DNA from: Nannocystales bacterium
GTDB taxonomy: Bacteria > Myxococcota_A > Polyangia > Nannocystales > Nannocystaceae
Direction: 5' to 3'
Length of the DNA: 64,000 nucleotides
Assembly: GCA_050633305.1 (NCBI GenBank)
Contig: JBOEGF010000014.1
Location: forward strand, 331,436 to 395,435
In this document: in pieces, positions 58,353 to 64,000 of the stretch
Numbering within the stretch: position 1 is the stretch's first letter
Layout of the letters: every line of letters starts with the position of its first letter
Notes under the pieces: generated by a model
The model's input: the letters and a program-made list of their open reading frames with translations, nothing else
What the model was told of the DNA's origin: nothing
Databases searched by the model: none
Translations under genes and position numbers: made by a program

Positions 58353-59594
58353 GTGACCGCATCTGCGCTCCTGCTCGAGAAAGTCCACGCCACGGCGGAA
58401 AAATCGCTGGTGGACGACGGCTACGCCGTCACCCGTATCAACAAGGGGCTCACCGAAGATGAGCTCATCGAGGCGTTGAATGCCCTTCCAGCGGGTCCCG
58501 TGATGGTCGGGATCCGCAGCAAGACGCACATCACCGCCAAGGTGCTCGACGCGGTGCCGCGGCTCGACGCCATCGGCTGCTTCTGCATCGGTACCGACCA
58601 GGTCGCGTTGGGGCATGCCCGGGCCAGCGGTGTCACCGTCTTCAACGCCCCGTTCTCCAGCACCCGAAGTGTTGCCGAGTTGGTCATGGCAGACATCGTC
58701 ATGCTGGCGCGGCGGATCTTCCCCCGCAATGCAGCCGCGCACGTGGGCTCGTGGGAGAAGGGCGCCACGGGTGCACATGAGGTGCGTGGCAAGACGCTGG
58801 GCATCATCGGCTACGGCCACATCGGCAGCCAGCTGGGCATCCTTGCCGAGGCGTTCGGCATGAACGTCCAGTACTTCGACATCGAGAAGAAACTTCCGCT
58901 GGGCAATACGAACTCGGTCGGCACCATGGATGGCCTGCTCGAGTCTTCGGACTTCGTCTCGCTGCACGTGCCCGACACCGAGACCACGCGCAACATGATG
59001 ACGGCGGCCGAGCTCGGGAAGATGAAGAGGGGCGCGTACCTCATCAACCTCAGCCGGGGGAAGGTGGTCGATATCGATGCCCTGCACGCTGCGCTCGAAT
59101 CCAAGGCGCTCGCGGGCGCTGCAGTGGACGTCTACCCGACCGAGCCCGCCAGCAACGCCGAGCCGTTCGAGAGCCCGCTGCGAGGGCTCGACAACGTGAT
59201 TCTGACCCCGCACATCGGCGGCAGCACGCAGGAGGCTCAGGCCAATATCGGTCTCGAGGTCGCACAGGCGCTCGACCGCTTTCGAAGATCCGGCAGCACC
59301 ATGGGGTCGGTCACGCTGCCCAACCTCGACGTGCCCTCCCCCAAGGTCGGCGGTGCCGTCAGTCGCATCATCAACTTGCACCGCAACGTTCCAGGCGTGC
59401 TCTCGGAGACGAACCGCGTGGTCGCGGAGTCTGGCGTGAACATCGTCGGGCAGTCTCTAGGGACGAACGAAGATGTCGGACTGTTGTACGTCGACATCCC
59501 GGTGGCCGCGGATGATGCGAAGGCAGAGAACTTGCGGGCTGGGATCGCGGCGCTGGGGACTTCGCTGCGGACGCGCATCGAGCCGCTGGGGTAG
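58353..59594 (+). CDS. serA: D-3-phosphoglycerate dehydrogenase
   Basis: GIRSKT, GCFCIGTDQV, NAPFSSTRSVAE, GYGHIG, TPHIGGSTQEAQ and ACT domain HRNVPGVL. Confidence 0.96.
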   Translation: MTASALLLEKVHATAEKSLVDDGYAVTRINKGLTEDELIEALNALPAGPVMVGIRSKTHITAKVLDAVPRLDAIGCFCIGTDQVALGHARASGVTVFNAPFSSTRSVAELVMADIVMLARRIFPRNAAAHVGSWEKGATGAHEVRGKTLGIIGYGHIGSQLGILAEAFGMNVQYFDIEKKLPLGNTNSVGTMDGLLESSDFVSLHVPDTETTRNMMTAAELGKMKRGAYLINLSRGKVVDIDALHAALESKALAGAAVDVYPTEPASNAEPFESPLRGLDNVILTPHIGGSTQEAQANIGLEVAQALDRFRRSGSTMGSVTLPNLDVPSPKVGGAVSRIINLHRNVPGVLSETNRVVAESGVNIVGQSLGTNEDVGLLYVDIPVAADDAKAENLRAGIAALGTSLRTRIEPLG

Positions 59595-59935
59595 CAGTCG
59601 GCTGAGCTTTGGCGTCGTCACAGGTGACTGCGACATGTGGTCTCTCGACCGAACGTTAATTGTGTATCGCTCGCGACAAGGCGGTCTCATGATTTCGGAC
59701 GACATCACGAGAGACGCTCACACAGTGTGCGACAGGGACCCATGGACCGCTGGCGTTTCCGTGGCGATGTGCCGATGCCAGCATTCCTTCCCTTGCGGTT
59801 TTCGGGCCATCTTCTGGTTCCATGCTGGGGACATGCGCGGGCTCTGTCGTGTGTCTACGCGCCCCCGAGGGCGGGGTCTGATGCACCCGACTTGTTTCTT
59901 TTTCTCGGCGCCTGGTTCACGATGTCGCCGGGTTG

Positions 59936-61921
59936 ATGGAGAGTAAACAGGGTTCCAGAGCCATCCTTTTCCTCTCTCTTGCGGCCTTCTCGATGGGGTG
60001 TTCGCTCGGTCTGGATTTCGAGGACTGTGCGTCCGACCAACAGTGTCCGGTCGAAGGAGAGGTCTGTCGCGAGGGTCGATGCGAAGCCGTCGACGCTGGA
60101 TCGACGACGGGTTCGCAGTGCACGGAGGGGGAAGTTCTGGCCTGCTTCTGTCCCGACGGGTCGACCAGTACCCAGGTGTGCACCGCTGGGCTCCTGGGCT
60201 CCTGCGACTGCCCGGTGGAGACGAGTACGGGCAGCGAGAGCAGCAGTGGCCCCAGCGGTGAGGCCGAATGCACGCAGAATTCAGACTGCGTCGCCGAGTC
60301 AGAGTGCGGCGAGGCCATCTGTTCCTCAGGTGTATGCGAGGCGGTCGACTTCCCCGCCGGCACGCCGTGTGGGGACTCGGCGGTGTCGTCCTGCAATGCT
60401 GCCGACACCTGCGATGGCGCAGGTGCTTGCGTTTCGAATCTGTCGGCGGATGGGTCGGCGTGTGCGGACTGCCCTCTGGGTGAAGGCTATTGTTCGTGCG
60501 ACGAGGGTGCATGTGTCGGCTGCGACGGCTTCGCATCCGTGAACGGTTTCGCTGGCTCCGCGGCGCTGGAGGGGTGGACACTCTCGGGAGATTGGGCGTT
60601 GTTCTACCGAGCCCCCGAGACGGCTACCAAGGCGCCGGTCGAGTTCTCGAGCCTCGTCGTCGGAACCAATGGAAACCGTGCTGAGCCTTATCCCGGGGCA
60701 GAGGTGGAGACGTCATCGATCCGCTCGCCTGTCTCGGTGTTGCCCGAGTTCCTGGAGTTCCGGTCCTGGCACGTCGACGAAGCGGGGAACCCGAGCAACG
60801 GTGATGTTGCCGCCGACAACCGAATCGTGCGGGTTTCGACCGACGGCGGCGAGCGATGGACCGTTCTGGTGGATTGTTCGACGACCCGTCCGGCCCCTGC
60901 CTTCTGTGTCGAGGAGTTGGGTCCACGTTCTCCGAGTGACTGGGATGAGGTCTTCATTCCGGTGCCCAAAGACCTCGTCGGCAGCCCGGCGATTGTCGAG
61001 ATCCTTTACGACACACTGGACGACTGCTGCGGAGAGGAGCAAGGCTGGTACATCGACGACGTCAACTTCGGCACCCGATGTGGATGCGAGGACTCGACGG
61101 AGTGTGCCGGATTTGATGAGGCTTGCGGTGAGGGGACCTGCGCGTCCAATGGCGACTGCCGTGTCGTTGCGACGCGCGTGGGCTCCGCATGCGGAGACGA
61201 GGAATCCAGCGAGTGCAATGTTGCTGATAGCTGCAGCGAGCTTGGCGTGTGCGTCTCCAACGACCCTCCCAACTGGCAGCAAACCTGCTCCGCGTGTCCC
61301 GACGAGCTGGGTGGGTGTGGGTACTGCGTGGCAGGGGGATGCCTCGACTGCCAGGCTCAGGCTCCCACGTCGACCTTTGCCGAAGACAACTCTTTGTCCG
61401 GTTGGGTGCTCACTGGGGACTGGGGCCGCTACGACGCCGCTCCGCCGAACGCCTCTGGTGATCCCGCGATCGCCTTTTCATTCGGTGAGGCGCTCGGGAC
61501 CGACGGTAACCTCGTCGCGCCCTATGGCGCGGGTAGTCATCAGGAAACATCGTCTGCGGTCAGCCCCTTCTTCGTGGTGCCGAGCATGATGACGTTCGAC
61601 TCGTGGCACCTCGATGAGGGCGGATTTGTTGCGAGGGGAAACCCCGCCTACGACAGCAAGACGATCGAGATCTCTGTCGATGGGGGTGGGAAGTGGACCA
61701 CGCTCGTCGATTGCAGCGAGACGGACGCTTTCCCGTTCTGCCTGCCGGTCACCGATCGAGCGGGCGACGCATGGGATCCAATCGTCCTCGATACCAGCGC
61801 CTTCGAGGGCCAGAGCGGGCAACTCCGGTTCGGCTACGACACGATCGACGGGAACTCGGGCGAGGACCGCGGCTGGTACGTCGACAACCTCTCGTTGCCT
61901 TGGTGTCTCGACACGCCTTGA
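59936..61921 (+). CDS. Cys-rich lipoprotein with two duplicated Cys-repeat/beta-sandwich modules
   Basis: Lipobox SMGC; both modules carry GW.L.GDW, GT.GN...PY, SWH.DE, DGG..WT.LVDCS and YDT.D...GWY.D. Confidence 0.88.
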   Translation: MESKQGSRAILFLSLAAFSMGCSLGLDFEDCASDQQCPVEGEVCREGRCEAVDAGSTTGSQCTEGEVLACFCPDGSTSTQVCTAGLLGSCDCPVETSTGSESSSGPSGEAECTQNSDCVAESECGEAICSSGVCEAVDFPAGTPCGDSAVSSCNAADTCDGAGACVSNLSADGSACADCPLGEGYCSCDEGACVGCDGFASVNGFAGSAALEGWTLSGDWALFYRAPETATKAPVEFSSLVVGTNGNRAEPYPGAEVETSSIRSPVSVLPEFLEFRSWHVDEAGNPSNGDVAADNRIVRVSTDGGERWTVLVDCSTTRPAPAFCVEELGPRSPSDWDEVFIPVPKDLVGSPAIVEILYDTLDDCCGEEQGWYIDDVNFGTRCGCEDSTECAGFDEACGEGTCASNGDCRVVATRVGSACGDEESSECNVADSCSELGVCVSNDPPNWQQTCSACPDELGGCGYCVAGGCLDCQAQAPTSTFAEDNSLSGWVLTGDWGRYDAAPPNASGDPAIAFSFGEALGTDGNLVAPYGAGSHQETSSAVSPFFVVPSMMTFDSWHLDEGGFVARGNPAYDSKTIEISVDGGGKWTTLVDCSETDAFPFCLPVTDRAGDAWDPIVLDTSAFEGQSGQLRFGYDTIDGNSGEDRGWYVDNLSLPWCLDTP

Positions 61922-61988
61922 GTCCGGAGTTCGGCTGCGCCCCAAGCGGGGCAGGCGGCGCGAGGCCTCGCGTGGTACTGACGGGAAC

Positions 61989-62615
61989 GTGGCGACAGAT
62001 GAGCAGCTGCTGCGCCGTTGGCGGGAAGGCGATCAGCGTGCGGGCGAGCAGCTGTTCGACCGCCACTTCGACTCTCTGTTTCGCTTCTTCTTCTCGAAGG
62101 CGGAGGACGTCGCCGAGGACCTCACGCAGGAGACCTTGCTTGCGTGTGTCGGGAGCCGTGATCGGATTCGCGAGGACCACCGATTTCGCGCGTTCATGTT
62201 CACCATCGCGCGCCGGGTCTTGTACGCCCACTACGGAAAGAAACGTCGCAGGGTCGACGTGCCGTTGGGCTCGCTCTCGGCGGTCGACCTCTCGCCGGGC
62301 GTCACGGGGCTGATCGCTGAGAAACAGGACTCGCGGATCTTCCTCGAGGCGCTCCGCAGTCTCCCCCTCGACTATCAGATCGCGCTCGAGCTGCACGTCT
62401 GGGAATCGCTGACTGGGCCCGAGATCGCCGCCGTCGTCGAGGCCCCCGAAGGGACGATTCGCAGCCGGATTCGCCGCGCCCGCCTGCAGCTGGAGGAGAA
62501 GATTCACGAGCTTTCGGGCTCTTCGAAGGCCTTACAGTCGACCAGTACCCAAATCGACACGTGGGCGGAGAACGTCCGTGAGCTGCTCTCCAAACAGCGG
62601 GGTGCCGGGGATTGA
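61989..62615 (+). CDS. ECF sigma-70 factor
   Basis: VAEDLTQETL, FRAFMFTIAR and LELHVWESLT..EIAAV...GTIRSRIRRAR. Confidence 0.94.
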   Translation: MATDEQLLRRWREGDQRAGEQLFDRHFDSLFRFFFSKAEDVAEDLTQETLLACVGSRDRIREDHRFRAFMFTIARRVLYAHYGKKRRRVDVPLGSLSAVDLSPGVTGLIAEKQDSRIFLEALRSLPLDYQIALELHVWESLTGPEIAAVVEAPEGTIRSRIRRARLQLEEKIHELSGSSKALQSTSTQIDTWAENVRELLSKQRGAGD

Positions 62616-62776
62616 GCACATTGCCGGGCAGTCGGGCTGCGCGACTCGCACCCCTGGGGAGAGAAAAGAAGGGCGCGACGTGCCTTCGGTGGGAATCGAT
62701 TCGACCGCGGTGCCCCACTTCAGGAGCGGAGCACCGTACGCGACGTCCAGCAACTGCGCGCGCCCAGTGAACAGCC

Positions 62777-64000
62777 ATGTCCGACTCCCCACTCGACGGC
62801 ACGTTCCCGGACATCCTGCGGCCTGGGCCCCACACCGTCAGGGTGGACGCAGCGAAGGCCCGCCTGCGCGCACGCTTGTTTGGCCGGGCCGAGCAGGCCC
62901 CAAAGATCGGGCGCTTCGTGGTGCTTCGGCAGCTCGGTGCCGGTGCGATGGGGACGGTGTTCGCCGCCTACGATGAGCGACTCGAACGCAAGGTCGCCGT
63001 CAAAGTTCTCTCGAGCCCGACGGAAGGGTCATCGCGGGAACGTCTCCTGCGGGAGGCCAAGTCCATGGCGCGGCTTCGTCACCCAAACATCGTGCAGGTG
63101 TACGAGGTGGGTGAGCACGACGCCGAGTTCTACATCGCGATGGAGTTCGTCGACGGAGAGTCGCTGAGCACATGGCAGTCCGAGAAGGAGCACCCGTGGA
63201 AGGTGCTGGTCGAAGCCTACGTCCAAGCTGGAAGAGGGCTTGCGGCGGCGCACACGGTCGGAGTCGTTCATCGAGACTTCAAGCCTGACAACGTGATGGT
63301 CGGGTTCGACTCGGCCGGAGCGCCCGAGGTTCGGGTCCTGGACTTTGGGCTGGCGCGGTCGAACCCGGCAGAGCAATCGTCTGTCGATGCGGACGGCCCG
63401 CGGCCGGCCGAGTTGCTCTCGACGGTAGATGTGTCGCTCACGAGGACCGGCAAATCCGTCGGGACTCCGGCCTACATGGCTCCCGAGCAGATCCGCGGGC
63501 TCCCTGCGGGGGCGGCTTCGGATCAGTTTGCGCTGTGTGTTGGGCTCTGGGAGGCCTTGCATGGTGAGCACCCCTTCGCGGCAGAGACGATCGACGGGTT
63601 GTTCGAACGTGTGACCTCGGGGCGACGCGGAGCTCCGCGAAACCCGACGGTCCCGCGACGCGTGACCACAGCCCTCGAGCGTGGACTCGAGCTCGACCCC
63701 GAGGCTCGATGGCCGAGTGTGGAGGCGCTGGTGGAGGCGCTGTCGGCCAGCCTAAAACCGTGGTCGTCTCGGAGGACGTTGATGCTCATCGGTGTTGGTG
63801 CGACCTTCATCGCTGTCGGTGCAGCGTCTGTCGTGAGCACGCGCGACGAACGTTGTGCCGGGGCCCACGACCAGCTCGTTGGGATCTGGGACGACGCGAG
63901 GGCACTCGAGCTGGAGCGCTCCATGCTCGGCACCGATCTCTCGTACGCCGAGACGACATGGGCCCGGACACGCGCCGCGCTGCAGACCTACGCTGCGGAC
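62777..64000 (+). CDS. Membrane Ser/Thr kinase, runs off the window end (absent from the ORF track because it has no stop)
   Basis: Manual translation from ATG 62777: KIGRFVVLRQLGAGAMG, VAVK, HPNIV, HRDFKPDNV, DFGLAR, GTPAYMAPE and a TM. Confidence 0.93.
   Translation, partial: MSDSPLDGTFPDILRPGPHTVRVDAAKARLRARLFGRAEQAPKIGRFVVLRQLGAGAMGTVFAAYDERLERKVAVKVLSSPTEGSSRERLLREAKSMARLRHPNIVQVYEVGEHDAEFYIAMEFVDGESLSTWQSEKEHPWKVLVEAYVQAGRGLAAAHTVGVVHRDFKPDNVMVGFDSAGAPEVRVLDFGLARSNPAEQSSVDADGPRPAELLSTVDVSLTRTGKSVGTPAYMAPEQIRGLPAGAASDQFALCVGLWEALHGEHPFAAETIDGLFERVTSGRRGAPRNPTVPRRVTTALERGLELDPEARWPSVEALVEALSASLKPWSSRRTLMLIGVGATFIAVGAASVVSTRDERCAGAHDQLVGIWDDARALELERSMLGTDLSYAETTWARTRAALQTYAAD

Noticed and set aside
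57153..59381. 742-aa methyltransferase ORF as given in the track
   Set aside because: The N-terminal half is the antisense of serA; the real gene most likely starts near 58271.
61916..61929. CCTTGAGTCCGGAG, 13/14 match to the tail of the RAYT-flank repeat
   Set aside because: Lacks the GTAG hairpin and the AATAAC core and overlaps a stop codon; plausible by chance.

Overview
GC-rich bacterial chromosomal DNA, most likely from a myxobacterium (Nannocystaceae-like; inferred from gene content: TPR Ser/Thr kinases, ECF sigma factors, Cys-rich lipoproteins, DUF2378-like and IgGFc-binding proteins). About 50 CDS were called by motif reading only, with no database searches. Housekeeping genes include murB, hrpB, feoAB, serA, a Cys/Met PLP enzyme and a cold-shock protein. 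No rRNA, tRNA or CRISPR array was seen. The best candidate for an undescribed system is at about 14.9-22.8 kb: a HUH/Y1 REP-associated tyrosine transposase (RAYT) is bracketed by an inverted 14-bp motif, which on the right side sits inside three copies of a hairpin-forming 38-bp repeat. Immediately after the last copy, a 5'-truncated Rhs/YD gene begins; it carries an HExxH toxin tip and is followed by a lipoprotein-like candidate immunity gene. Other notable signals are three ECF sigma/TPR-kinase pairs each next to a lipoprotein, a small gene split exactly at an in-phase A_AAA_AAG slippery site, about ten apparent leaderless promoters, a PARP-type zinc finger-ankyrin fusion and a tandem double operator at a MarR gene.
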